From the NCBI GenBank assembly GCA_019752125.1, contig JAIEMM010000010.1, positions 6,558-70,557 on the forward strand: a DNA stretch of 64,000 nt. Direction: 5' to 3'. Origin of the DNA: Patescibacteria group bacterium (GTDB taxonomy: Bacteria > Patescibacteriota > Minisyncoccia > Phycocordibacterales > SBAW01). The notes below the pieces were generated by a model. That model saw only the letters and a program-made list of their open reading frames with translations, did no database searches and had not been told where the DNA came from. A program made the translations under genes and the position numbers. This document shows positions 8,207 to 17,045 of the stretch, in pieces. Position 1 is the stretch's first letter, and each line of letters opens with the position of its first letter.

Positions 8207-9288
8207 AAATCCTAGCCATAGAAACATCCTGCGATGAGACAGGCGTTGCGCTTGTCGAGGGGCAGAAAACTGATTCGCCAGCTGGCGAAGGGTTTGTATT
8301 CAAGCAGCTCGGAAACGCTGCACTTAACTCACAGGCAAAATTGCACGCAGAATACGGCGGAGTCTACCCTAACCTAGCTAAACGTGAGCATGAAAAAAAC
8401 CTTCCAATTATTTTGGAGCAGGCGCTTCGCAATGTAGCTGATGAGAAGATTGATGCAATTGCGGTAACGCAGGGGCCAGGACTAGAGCCTGCGCTCTGGG
8501 CCGGCATTACATTTGCAGAAAACTTGGCGAAAGAGAAAAATCTTCCACTTATCCCAACAAACCATATGGAAGGGCATCTTATCTCTTCCCTTGTACAAGA
8601 TGGAAAAATGGAAAATGTTCAGCTTCCAGTACTTGGCCTTTTGATTTCAGGCGGACACACAGAATATGTTTTGATGAGGAACTGGTTTGAGTATGAAGTC
8701 ATAGGAGAGACGCAGGACGATGCGGTTGGTGAAGCGTTCGACAAAGTGGCACGCATGCTTGGACTTCCCTACCCAGGTGGCCCGCAGATCTCAAAGCTCG
8801 CAGAAGAAGCTCGAATCAAAAACGTAGTCCCATATATGGGACTACCTCGCCCGATGATTCACGACAAAAATTTAAATGTTTCTTTTTCAGGTTTAAAAAC
8901 TGCTGTGCTGTATATGATTCGCGACGCAGGAGGAATTCATACTCTAAGCTCAGATCAAGTATCAGCAATTGCATTGGAATTTGAAAACGCAGTTGGGGAC
9001 ATCTTTATTTCAAAGACTCGCCGCGCACTTGAAGAGTCTGGGGCAAAAACATTTGTAATTGGTGGTGGCGTTGCTGCAAATAAATACCTCCGCGAACGTT
9101 TGGTGAAATTTGTTGAGGACGAGTTCCCCAATGTTGAGATGCGCCTACCAGAGCTCTCTATAACAGGCGACAATGCGGTGATGATAGCGGAAGCGGCACT
9201 CGCTCGTGCCCTCTCTGGTATCGACGATGTGGCTAAGGAGCCTGTCCGCGCCTACAGCAACAGGTTCTCGATTTTACCGCCCAAATAA
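8203..9288 (+). CDS. tsaD: tRNA N6-adenosine threonylcarbamoyltransferase TsaD (Kae1/YgjD)
   Basis: MKILAIETSCDETGVALV N-terminus, HMEGHL metal site, GGGVAANKYLRE. Confidence 0.9.
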   Translation: MKILAIETSCDETGVALVEGQKTDSPAGEGFVFKQLGNAALNSQAKLHAEYGGVYPNLAKREHEKNLPIILEQALRNVADEKIDAIAVTQGPGLEPALWAGITFAENLAKEKNLPLIPTNHMEGHLISSLVQDGKMENVQLPVLGLLISGGHTEYVLMRNWFEYEVIGETQDDAVGEAFDKVARMLGLPYPGGPQISKLAEEARIKNVVPYMGLPRPMIHDKNLNVSFSGLKTAVLYMIRDAGGIHTLSSDQVSAIALEFENAVGDIFISKTRRALEESGAKTFVIGGGVAANKYLRERLVKFVEDEFPNVEMRLPELSITGDNAVMIAEAALARALSGIDDVAKEPVRAYSNRFSILPPK

Positions 9289-9302
9289 ACTACAATTGGC
9301 AA

Positions 9303-11444
9303 ATGCCAGACAAGGTCCCGGAAAAGTTTAATACGCCCTACCAACCGCAAGATACCGAAACCGCTATATATAAAAAGTGGGAGGAAAGCGGCTTTTTTAA
9401 CCCTGACAACCTCCCAGGAGAACGTACGGAAACATTTACTATTGTACTTCCACCTCCAAACGTTACTGGGACGCTGCACTTAGGCCATGCCTACGAAGAC
9501 ACCTTGCAAGACATTGTTACGCGTTTTCAACGAATGAGCGGTAAAAAGGCGTTATGGATTCCTGGCAGCGACTCGGCAGCAATTGCCACCCAAGCGCGCG
9601 TTGAAAAAAATCTCCAAAAAGATGAAGGCAAAACGCGTCACGATATTGGCCGCGAGGAACTCGTAAAACGAGTTAAAGAATTTGCGAAACAAAGCGAAAG
9701 CACTATTTTGAATCAAATTCGTCGTATGGGTGCGTCGCTTGATTGGTCGCGTTACGCATACACACTCGACGACAAGCGCAACTTGGCAGTGATGACCGCC
9801 TTTAAAAATATGTATGACGCAGGTCTTATTTATCGCGGCCATCGCATTGTTAACTGGGATCCAAAAGGTCAGACGACTATCTCTGATGACGAAATGGTCT
9901 ACCAGGAAGAAAAAAGTAAATTTTATTATTTGAAATACGGTCCATTTACTATCGCGACGGCACGCCCTGAGACAAAGTTCGGCGACAAATACGTTGTTGT
10001 TCATCCAGACGACGCTCGCTACGCACAATTTACACATGGTCAAAAGATAGAGCTTGAATGGATTAACGGTCCTATTACGGCAACTGTGATTAAAGACACT
10101 GCGTCTGACCCAGAAATTGGAACCGGCGCCATGACTATCACTCCTTGGCATTCTGTTATCGACTTTGAAATTGCGGAGCGTCATGGACTGGATAAAGAAC
10201 AGATTATCGACAAATACGGCAAGCTACTTCCTGTTGCGGGAGAATTTGCTGGTCTCAAGATTGCTGATGCCCGTGAGAAGATAGTTGAAAAGTTACAAGC
10301 AAAAGGGCTCGTAGAAAAAATTGACGAAGACTATGTACACAACATTGCAGTCTCCGAACGCACAGGCGCCGTTGTTGAACCACAGATTATGGAGCAGTGG
10401 TTTATCGGCGTAGATAAACCTTTCGTAATCCCTCATTCTGAAATTCCAGGGATTGCCAGTGGCAGTGAGACAACGTTGAAAGAACTTATGCGCGCTTCGG
10501 TTGAGAGCGGCGCAGTTGATATGCCGCAGGATGGTTTCCGTAATACATACTTCCATTGGATAGGTAACTTGCACGACTGGTGCATTAGCCGACAAATTTG
10601 GTTTGGGCACCGTATTCCCGTTTGGTACAAGGATTCAGAAATATATTGCGGAGTAGAAGCACCAGAAGGCGAAGGTTGGGAGCAAGATCCTGACGTACTC
10701 GACACATGGTTCTCCTCTGCCCTTTGGACGTTTTCAACACTTGGCTGGCCAGAAAAAACTTCTGATCTTACGACATTTCATCCAACCTCATTCATGTCCC
10801 CTGCCTACGAGATTCTCCAGCTTTGGGTATCACGCATGATCCTTATGAGCACCTTCCATTTGGGTCAGGTGCCATTTAAAAAAGTGATGATTCACGGCCT
10901 TGTACGCGCAAAAGATGGACGCAAATTCAGCAAATCCCTTAACAACGGTGTCGACCCTCTTGAGATGATCGAAAAATATGGCGCAGACGCTCTTCGTATG
11001 GGGCTTATTGTTGGTGCGGCTATTGGTAGTGATATTCGTTTCGACGAACAAAAAATTAAAGCCTATAAACTCTTTGCAAACAAACTCTGGAACGTTACAC
11101 GCTTCGTACTTTCTCAAGAAAATACTGGTGAAGTAAAAGCGGAGTTGAAAGAAGAGTTTGAGGCAATGGCGGCAGATGTCACAAAGGACATGCAGGAATA
11201 TCGCATCTATATGGCAGCAGAAAAACTCTACCACTATGTATGGGACCGCTTTGCTGCTGAAATTTTGGAAGAAAGCAAAGGCATCCGCCAGCCGGCGGAC
11301 GAATACGGAGCAACTCTTTATTACATCTTAGAAAATGTACTCAAGCTCCTCCATCCCTTTATGCCATTTATTACAGAAGAAATTTGGTCTAGCATGCCGG
11401 AGAAGAACTCCCTGTTGATGGTCGAGGAGTGGCCTTCAAAGTAG
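9303..11444 (+). CDS. valS: valine--tRNA ligase (compact, no C-terminal coiled coil)
   Basis: PPPNVTGTLHLGHAYEDTLQD (HIGH), KFSKSLNNGVDP (KMSKS), CP1 editing-like region; 713 aa. Confidence 0.85.
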   Translation: MPDKVPEKFNTPYQPQDTETAIYKKWEESGFFNPDNLPGERTETFTIVLPPPNVTGTLHLGHAYEDTLQDIVTRFQRMSGKKALWIPGSDSAAIATQARVEKNLQKDEGKTRHDIGREELVKRVKEFAKQSESTILNQIRRMGASLDWSRYAYTLDDKRNLAVMTAFKNMYDAGLIYRGHRIVNWDPKGQTTISDDEMVYQEEKSKFYYLKYGPFTIATARPETKFGDKYVVVHPDDARYAQFTHGQKIELEWINGPITATVIKDTASDPEIGTGAMTITPWHSVIDFEIAERHGLDKEQIIDKYGKLLPVAGEFAGLKIADAREKIVEKLQAKGLVEKIDEDYVHNIAVSERTGAVVEPQIMEQWFIGVDKPFVIPHSEIPGIASGSETTLKELMRASVESGAVDMPQDGFRNTYFHWIGNLHDWCISRQIWFGHRIPVWYKDSEIYCGVEAPEGEGWEQDPDVLDTWFSSALWTFSTLGWPEKTSDLTTFHPTSFMSPAYEILQLWVSRMILMSTFHLGQVPFKKVMIHGLVRAKDGRKFSKSLNNGVDPLEMIEKYGADALRMGLIVGAAIGSDIRFDEQKIKAYKLFANKLWNVTRFVLSQENTGEVKAELKEEFEAMAADVTKDMQEYRIYMAAEKLYHYVWDRFAAEILEESKGIRQPADEYGATLYYILENVLKLLHPFMPFITEEIWSSMPEKNSLLMVEEWPSK

Positions 11445-11460
11445 GCCTTATACTGTACGC

Positions 11461-12153
11461 ATGAGCCCAGCAGTTCTTTTGACTGCGTTTTTAGGCGGTG
11501 TTGTACCAGCATTCATCTGGCTTTTCTTTTGGCTACTTGAAGACCGCGTTCATCCCGAACCTAAGCGCTTTATTTTCTATTCGTTCATTGCTGGCATGGG
11601 TGTTGTACTTTTAGCACTCCCACTTGAACGTCTCGCCGCAGGATACTTCTCTATGAACAGTTTTGGGCTCTTTCTGTCGTGGGCCACGATAGAAGAGCTT
11701 CTCAAATTTGGCGCAGCCTACTTTGTTGCGCTACGTTTTGCTGTGTATGACGAACCTCTCGATGCGGTCATCTACCTTGTAACAGCGGCGCTTGGTTTTT
11801 CAGCCCTGGAAAACGCACTGTTCTTGTGGAGCCCTCTCCAACAAGGAGACATGTTACGCGCACTAGTTACTGAAGACTTGCGTTTTATGGGCGCGACACT
11901 ACTACACACACTCGCATCAGTTACCGTTGGTATTTCACTCGCACTTTCGTTTTATATGCCGTCCGAATTACGAAAACGATACGTCATTGTCGGAGTTGTC
12001 CTTGCAATATTGTTGCATACCACTTTTAATTTTTTTATACTGAAATTAGGAAACTCGGCAACATTTTGGATTTTCCTGTGCATTTGGATCGGCGTCGTTG
12101 CAGCGTTGCTTATGACTGAACGAATTAAACAGCCGATTAAAGAATATTGTTAA
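11461..12153 (+). CDS. PrsW-family intramembrane metalloprotease-like protein
   Basis: Polytopic membrane protein with EELLK (EExxK), FMGATLLH (FxxxH) and LLHTTFNFF (HxxxN) motifs. Confidence 0.6.
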   Translation: MSPAVLLTAFLGGVVPAFIWLFFWLLEDRVHPEPKRFIFYSFIAGMGVVLLALPLERLAAGYFSMNSFGLFLSWATIEELLKFGAAYFVALRFAVYDEPLDAVIYLVTAALGFSALENALFLWSPLQQGDMLRALVTEDLRFMGATLLHTLASVTVGISLALSFYMPSELRKRYVIVGVVLAILLHTTFNFFILKLGNSATFWIFLCIWIGVVAALLMTERIKQPIKEYC

Positions 12154-12159
12154 ACTTAC

Positions 12160-12675
12160 ATGGCAAAAGAAAAACGATCATTATTTGAATGGCTCACAGG
12201 CGGCACCGCTGCTGACGGCGATTATTCTTTTGAAGACTTGGAAAGCGGTGGTTCTTCATACACACCAAAAACCCCGGCAAAAGGGGCAAAACATTTAAAT
12301 ATCGAGGTTGAAGATTCTCCAAGCGATATTACTGAAGAAGAACCAGATGGCGAACTTGCTGTAGACGTATATCAAACCCCAACCCACATCATCATCAAGG
12401 CTATGATCGCAGGCGTACGCCCAGAAGATCTCGACGTTTCAATAACTCGCGACATGGTTACGCTGCGCGGCAAGCGCGAACGCCACACAGAAGGCACCGC
12501 AGGCGACTTTTTCTTCCAGGAACTCTACTGGGGCTCATTCTCTCGAACTATAGTCCTCCCGCAGGAGGTTGAAATTGAAGAAGCAGAAGCTACAGAAAAA
12601 CACGGCCTACTCACCATCAAGCTTCCAAAACTCGACAAAGGCCGCCAGGCTAAATTGAAGATTAAGTCTAACTAG
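12160..12675 (+). CDS. Hsp20/alpha-crystallin small heat-shock protein
   Basis: ACD core LAVDVYQTPTHIIIKAMIAGVRPEDLDVSITRDMVTLRGKRE...GLLTIKLPK. Confidence 0.8.
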   Translation: MAKEKRSLFEWLTGGTAADGDYSFEDLESGGSSYTPKTPAKGAKHLNIEVEDSPSDITEEEPDGELAVDVYQTPTHIIIKAMIAGVRPEDLDVSITRDMVTLRGKRERHTEGTAGDFFFQELYWGSFSRTIVLPQEVEIEEAEATEKHGLLTIKLPKLDKGRQAKLKIKSN

Positions 12676-12689
12676 CTACACAAAAAATC

Positions 12690-12745
12690 TCCGTTCCGGG
12701 GAGATATACCTCGCCCCTTCACGGAGATTTTTTATTTCGCCTACC
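12690..12745. terminator. long bidirectional hairpin terminator
   Basis: aaaaaatctccgttccggggagat...cggagatttttta is an extended inverted repeat with flanking A/T runs. Confidence 0.55.
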
Positions 12746-12786
12746 CTACTCAGGTTTACACTGAGCGAGCGAAGCGAGTCGAAGTG

Positions 12787-12859
12787 TGCCTGGGGCCAGG
12801 ATCGAACTGGCGACCCCTTCCTCTTCAGGGAAATGCTCTACCAACTGAGCTACCCAGGC
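12787..12859 (-). tRNA. tRNA-Phe (anticodon GAA)
   Basis: Reverse complement GCCTGGGTAGCTCAGTTGGTAGAGCATTTCCCTGAAGAGGAAGGGGTCGCCAGTTCGATCCTGGCCCCAGGCA with anticodon loop CTGAAGA. Confidence 0.9.
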
Positions 12860-12880
12860 GTCTTTGAGATACTACCAAAA

Positions 12881-13183
12881 TTAGGGCTGTTTTCCAAACT
12901 TCTTTAGGAACTCTGCAAACTGGGCTCCGTAATTCTCTGCTTGCTGGCCGCTCTGTCCTATCTGATTGTAGAGCTGTTCTGCTTTTTGCACATACGGCTC
13001 AAGATAGTAATAATATGCTGCACCAGAGACTGCGATTATGATAATCCACCACACTATCGAGAAAAATCTTCCCCATCGTGCTGAAGAGCGCATTCCTTTT
13101 AATATCCGGTTATTTTCTTCCGTAAGCGCGAGGGTTCTTTTGGCCAAATCGCGTATTTCTTCGTCGTTCACATCAACTTGCAT
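12881..13183 (-). CDS. small membrane protein (hypothetical)
   Basis: 100 aa with one TM helix (FFSIVWWIIIIAVSGAAYYYYL) and no recognisable domain. Confidence 0.4.
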   Translation of the reverse strand: MQVDVNDEEIRDLAKRTLALTEENNRILKGMRSSARWGRFFSIVWWIIIIAVSGAAYYYYLEPYVQKAEQLYNQIGQSGQQAENYGAQFAEFLKKFGKQP

Positions 13184-13208
13184 ATCTTCATGATATCAGT
13201 TTTTTCTG

Positions 13209-13280
13209 TGCCCTCGGTAGGAATCGAACCTACATCTACTCCTTAGGACGGAGCTGTTCTATCCATTGAACTACAAGGGC
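13209..13280 (-). tRNA. tRNA-Arg (anticodon CCU)
   Basis: Reverse complement GCCCTTGTAGTTCAATGGATAGAACAGCTCCGTCCTAAGGAGTAGATGTAGGTTCGATTCCTACCGAGGGCA with anticodon loop GTCCTAA. Confidence 0.85.
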
Positions 13281-13286
13281 CGCTTA

Positions 13287-13526
13287 CTATGCCTCGATAC
13301 CGAGTTTAGCAGCAACTTTCTCGCGGTCAAAGCCGACCATAAGGTCGTCGCCGATCTGGATTACCGGCACGCCGAGCTGGCCTGTCATCTGGATCATCTC
13401 CTCGCGCTTTTGAGCATCGGTTGAGACATCGTAGGCTGTAAATGGGACGTTTTTTTCAGCAAAAAACTCTTTTGCGAGTTTGCAGAAATGGCAGGTCGGC
13501 GTGGTGTAGATGGTGACGGGTTTCAT
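13287..13526 (-). CDS. glutaredoxin/NrdH-like thiol-disulfide oxidoreductase
   Basis: 79 aa, CxxC active site TCHFCK, thioredoxin-fold spacing. Confidence 0.75.
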   Translation of the reverse strand: MKPVTIYTTPTCHFCKLAKEFFAEKNVPFTAYDVSTDAQKREEMIQMTGQLGVPVIQIGDDLMVGFDREKVAAKLGIEA

Positions 13527-13561
13527 ACGGTTTTATTAACGTTATAAGGCTAATTATAGCA

Positions 13562-14179
13562 CTAGAAGCCCAGAGTTTCCTTGACCAAAAGTACCGTTAT
13601 AGTGCGACCTGTATAGGTTGGTTCAGCGTGGAATATAAACTCTTTGTTGAGTGCGGTGCCACCCATACCAACCGACTTCATGCGCTCGTCCTCGAGTGGT
13701 ACGACATGTTCCCGAAGACGCGCACGAGCATCCTCGAGAGTTGGGACAATCTTATTTGTACCTACAATAAAGATAACGTTTGGAGAGCTGTATACAATGT
13801 GTGGTAGCTGGCTGCCTGAATTAGATGCGATAACCAACTCACCTGTCTCTGCCATCGCATGCACGCTGCCGAGATAGAAATCGGACAAGAGCGCTTGGCG
13901 TCTTAACTCATTTTGTTTTACAGGATCTTTCTCGTTCACAATACCTTCGTGCACATTATTCCAACCATGTTGTCCGCCCTTTAGATAGTCTATGTATCCA
14001 AGCTGCTCGAGCGTTCTAGAAGCACCGTTCATCACTGAGGCACCCGCGGGTATACGTTCTTTTATCTTCGCAAACGCCTCTTCCTTAGTGCTGACAATAA
14101 TAGGTTTAAAATTGCGTGCCTCAAGCGCCGCTACTGTACTTGTAAGTGCTTCATCGGAAGCAAGATTGTTATATTCCAT
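13562..14179 (-). CDS. LUD-domain (DUF162, LutC/YkgG-like) protein
   Basis: Internal Met (MEYNNLASDEAL...) of ORF 13562..14392; ELVIASNSGSQLPHIVYSSPNVIFIVGTNKIVPTLEDA matches the LUD family. Confidence 0.55.
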   Translation of the reverse strand: MEYNNLASDEALTSTVAALEARNFKPIIVSTKEEAFAKIKERIPAGASVMNGASRTLEQLGYIDYLKGGQHGWNNVHEGIVNEKDPVKQNELRRQALLSDFYLGSVHAMAETGELVIASNSGSQLPHIVYSSPNVIFIVGTNKIVPTLEDARARLREHVVPLEDERMKSVGMGGTALNKEFIFHAEPTYTGRTITVLLVKETLGF

Positions 14180-14234
14180 ACGTGTAGTATAGTCCGATAC
14201 TTTACTTTGTAAAGTACTTAAAAATTGATATACT

Positions 14235-14528
14235 GTGGGTATGCCAGTTTCAGGCTCCTGCCCCACCCAAAAAACAGCCGTTCTCCTCTCAGACACATGG
14301 ACCATGCTTATTATCCGCGACTTGCTTGGAGGAGAGCAGCGCTTCTGTGACCTTGAGCGTTCACTTGAAGGTATTTCCACACGCACCCTCACAAATAAGT
14401 TGAAGAAGCTTGAGGAGGAAAAACTGATACGTAAAACAAAGAGCGGTTGCTACGAAGCTACCGCTAAAGGCAAAGGTCTGCGCACCATAGAAACCGCTAT
14501 GCGCCGCTATGGAGAGAAATATCTTTAA
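14235..14528 (+). CDS. HxlR-family winged-helix transcriptional regulator
   Basis: CP...LLSDTWTMLIIRDLLGGEQRFCDLERSLEGISTRTLTNKLKKLEEEKLIRK; divergent from the LUD gene. Confidence 0.75.
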   Translation: MGMPVSGSCPTQKTAVLLSDTWTMLIIRDLLGGEQRFCDLERSLEGISTRTLTNKLKKLEEEKLIRKTKSGCYEATAKGKGLRTIETAMRRYGEKYL

Positions 14529-14549
14529 ATGCTAAAATCCGCTTGAAAA

Positions 14550-14620
14550 GCGAGTGTAGTTTAGTGGCAGAACTGGTGCTTCCCAAGCATCGGGCGGGAG
14601 TTCGATTCTCCCCACTCGCA
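14550..14620 (+). tRNA. tRNA-Gly (anticodon CCC)
   Basis: GCGAGTGTAGTTTAGTGGCAGAACTGGTGCTTCCCAAGCATCGGGCGGGAGTTCGATTCTCCCCACTCGCA with anticodon loop TTCCCAA. Confidence 0.9.
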
Positions 14621-14628
14621 CAATTGAA

Positions 14629-15042
14629 TTACCAAGAAAAGAGGGTGCGGAACAACCCCTTGAGCCACCCCTTTGAGGACGTGTCGGCAGAGTCTGTTGT
14701 TGAAGCCTGAGTGACTATTTGTATTACCCCTTCTCCAGGCTTAACAACGCCATAATGTTCGCGCAGGAGGGCCTCCTGGCCTCGTTCTGAGGACAGTTGG
14801 TCTACCGAGGCCGATATAGCCTTTTTTTGAGCCTCCAGGCTTGCGAGCCGAGCCTCAGCGTCCTGCTGGCCAGCAGTAGCAGTGGCGAGGCGTCCGTACA
14901 TATCCCAGGCTGCCCGCACCATGCCAATAGTAAAAACAAGTAAAAGAGTGGCTCCGGCCAAACGAAGTCCGAAGTTGAGCAATTCTGCCCTGCGGCTCCG
15001 ATGCTTTTTGAACTCTCTCATATATGCTATTGTATCAGGCAT
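14629..15042 (-). CDS. FtsB/DivIC-like septum formation initiator
   Basis: N-terminal TM helix, coiled-coil ARLASLEAQKKAISASVDQLSSE, then YGVVKPGEGVIQIV, typical of FtsB/DivIC. Confidence 0.55.
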   Translation of the reverse strand: MPDTIAYMREFKKHRSRRAELLNFGLRLAGATLLLVFTIGMVRAAWDMYGRLATATAGQQDAEARLASLEAQKKAISASVDQLSSERGQEALLREHYGVVKPGEGVIQIVTQASTTDSADTSSKGWLKGLFRTLFSW

Positions 15043-15155
15043 GTACGGAAAAAATCACAAGCGCAATCAGCGCACTCTGAAGGTTCTCACCGCTATGCTT
15101 GGCATCGCAGTTATTGCATCCATGGTTCTCTCCTATTTCTCGCTGCTGGTATAAG

Positions 15156-17018
15156 CTAGTCGCTCTTGATCATCTTTAAAAAGACGTCCTCGGGGATGTT
15201 AACTTTTGCATTTTCGAGTGCCTTCTTCTTTCCTTTTTTCTGCTTCTCACGGAGTTTCATTTTGCGTGTAATGTCGCCGCCGTACATGTGTTGGGTCACA
15301 TCTTTAGAGAGTGCTGAAAGCGTGCGCGATGAAATGATGCGGCCAAGTGCCCGTCCTTGGATCTTCGTACTGAACTGCTGTCGTGGCAAAATTTTATATA
15401 ACTTTTCAACTGCAGCTATAGCTTCTTCATCGGCACGGTGTTTTGCAATAATACGAGAGAATGCTGGAACAATGTCGTCAGCAACATAGATATCGAGGCG
15501 GGCCACATCTGCCAAACGAAGTTCGCGCAGTTCATACGAAATAGATGCATACCCTGAAGAAACGCTCTTGAGCTTGTCGAAAAAGTTTCGCATAAGCTCG
15601 CGGAGCGGCATCACTACTTTTACAATGACGCGGGCTTCAGAAAACGTTTCGGTAGATTCGACGTTTGCCTCGTGCTCATAGAGCAGCGGCATCACACCCC
15701 CAACATATTGAGCCGGTAGGATAATTTCTGCAGATACAAATGGTTCCCACACCTGAGCAATATCACCATATTCAGGAAACTGAGGTGGAGAATAAATCGT
15801 GTGACGCTTACCATCCCGTGTTTCAACCTCATACGTAATGGTTGGTGTAGTTACTACGAGCGAAAGATTTGCCTCGCGGCGCAAACGTTCAGTAACAATT
15901 TCCAAGTGGAGCATGCCGAGCAAGCCGCAACGGAATCCGCGTCCGAGAATTCCCGAGGATTCTTCTTCAAAAGAAAGGGATGAGTCGGAAAGGCGTAGAC
16001 GTGAGAGCGCCTGGCGAAGCGCAACAAAGTCATCCTGACTTTCAGGATATACAGAGGCCCAGACAACAGCCTTAGGTTCGCCATAGCCAGAAAGTGGTGT
16101 AGCTTTTGAACCAAACTGTCGAACAGTATCACCAACACGCGCCAAGCCCGGCTCTTTAATGCCCGTTACTACATAGCCGATGGAACCAGCACTGAGGCCT
16201 TCTGCAAGCACGACTGGTTTAGGAGAAAAAGTGCCGACTTCAAGTGCAGTAAATTTTCGCCCAGTTGCAGCAAATTCGAGAACGTCGCCTTTTTTCATCT
16301 GCCCATCAAACATACGCAGATACACGATCACGCCCTGGTGGTCAGAATACTGAAAGTCGAACACAAGACCTCGTGGCGGTGTCACCCCCGACTTTGCGGA
16401 TGTCGGAGCGAAACTTTCTCCCGGTTCCCCGGAACCGCTGGAAAAGTTTTGCGCAGATTCGGTTGCAAATTTAGGCGGCGGAACACGTTCAACAATTGCC
16501 TCCAGAAGTTCTGGAACCCCCTCACCTGTTTTACCTGAACAGGTGAGCACTGACTCAGGATCTATATCGAGCAAAAGCGCAACTTGTTCACGAACGTTTT
16601 CAACGTCCGCAAGTGGCGAATCAATTTTTGAAAGAGCTGGAATAATCACCAACCCTAACTCTCGTGCCGTTCGCAGAGTTGTGAGCGTTTGGGCCTGCAC
16701 ACCTTGAGTAGCGTCAACGAGAAGTATTGCGCCTTCCACGGCAGTAAGCGCTCTTGAGACTTCATATGAGAAGTCTATGTGGCCAGGAGTATCGATGAGG
16801 TGGAGTAGGTATTCTTTGCCGTCCTTACTGTAGCGCATACGCACCGGTTGCATTTTGATAGTAATACCGCGCTCACGCTCGAGGTCCATAGAGTCCAGTA
16901 CCTGGTCGCGCATTTTACGCTTCTCAATAGTGCCTGTTACCTCAAGAAAACGGTCAGCAAGAGTCGACTTGCCGTGGTCTATATGGGCGATAATAGAAAA
17001 ATTGCGAATCTGGTTCAC
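15156..17018 (-). CDS. lepA: elongation factor 4 (LepA)
   Basis: IRNFSIIAHIDHGKSTLADR G1 motif, DTPGHIDF, and the LepA C-terminal domain; 620 aa with a Ser/Gly-rich insertion. Confidence 0.9.
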   Translation of the reverse strand: MNQIRNFSIIAHIDHGKSTLADRFLEVTGTIEKRKMRDQVLDSMDLERERGITIKMQPVRMRYSKDGKEYLLHLIDTPGHIDFSYEVSRALTAVEGAILLVDATQGVQAQTLTTLRTARELGLVIIPALSKIDSPLADVENVREQVALLLDIDPESVLTCSGKTGEGVPELLEAIVERVPPPKFATESAQNFSSGSGEPGESFAPTSAKSGVTPPRGLVFDFQYSDHQGVIVYLRMFDGQMKKGDVLEFAATGRKFTALEVGTFSPKPVVLAEGLSAGSIGYVVTGIKEPGLARVGDTVRQFGSKATPLSGYGEPKAVVWASVYPESQDDFVALRQALSRLRLSDSSLSFEEESSGILGRGFRCGLLGMLHLEIVTERLRREANLSLVVTTPTITYEVETRDGKRHTIYSPPQFPEYGDIAQVWEPFVSAEIILPAQYVGGVMPLLYEHEANVESTETFSEARVIVKVVMPLRELMRNFFDKLKSVSSGYASISYELRELRLADVARLDIYVADDIVPAFSRIIAKHRADEEAIAAVEKLYKILPRQQFSTKIQGRALGRIISSRTLSALSKDVTQHMYGGDITRKMKLREKQKKGKKKALENAKVNIPEDVFLKMIKSD

Positions 17019-17045
17019 AAAAAGGAGTCTAGCATGTTCGGCGTA

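Noticed and set aside
13562-14392. Full 276-aa version of the LUD-domain ORF
   Set aside because: The N-terminal 71 aa are R/S-rich and overlap the divergent HxlR promoter region; the homology-supported start is the internal Met at 14179.
14882-15154. 90-aa plus-strand ORF (possible 37-aa hydrophobic peptide MYGKNHKRNQRTLKVLTAMLGIAVIASMVLSYFSLLV)
   Set aside because: It is mostly antisense to the FtsB-like gene. Only the last 37 codons lie in intergenic space, which is too short to call without conservation.
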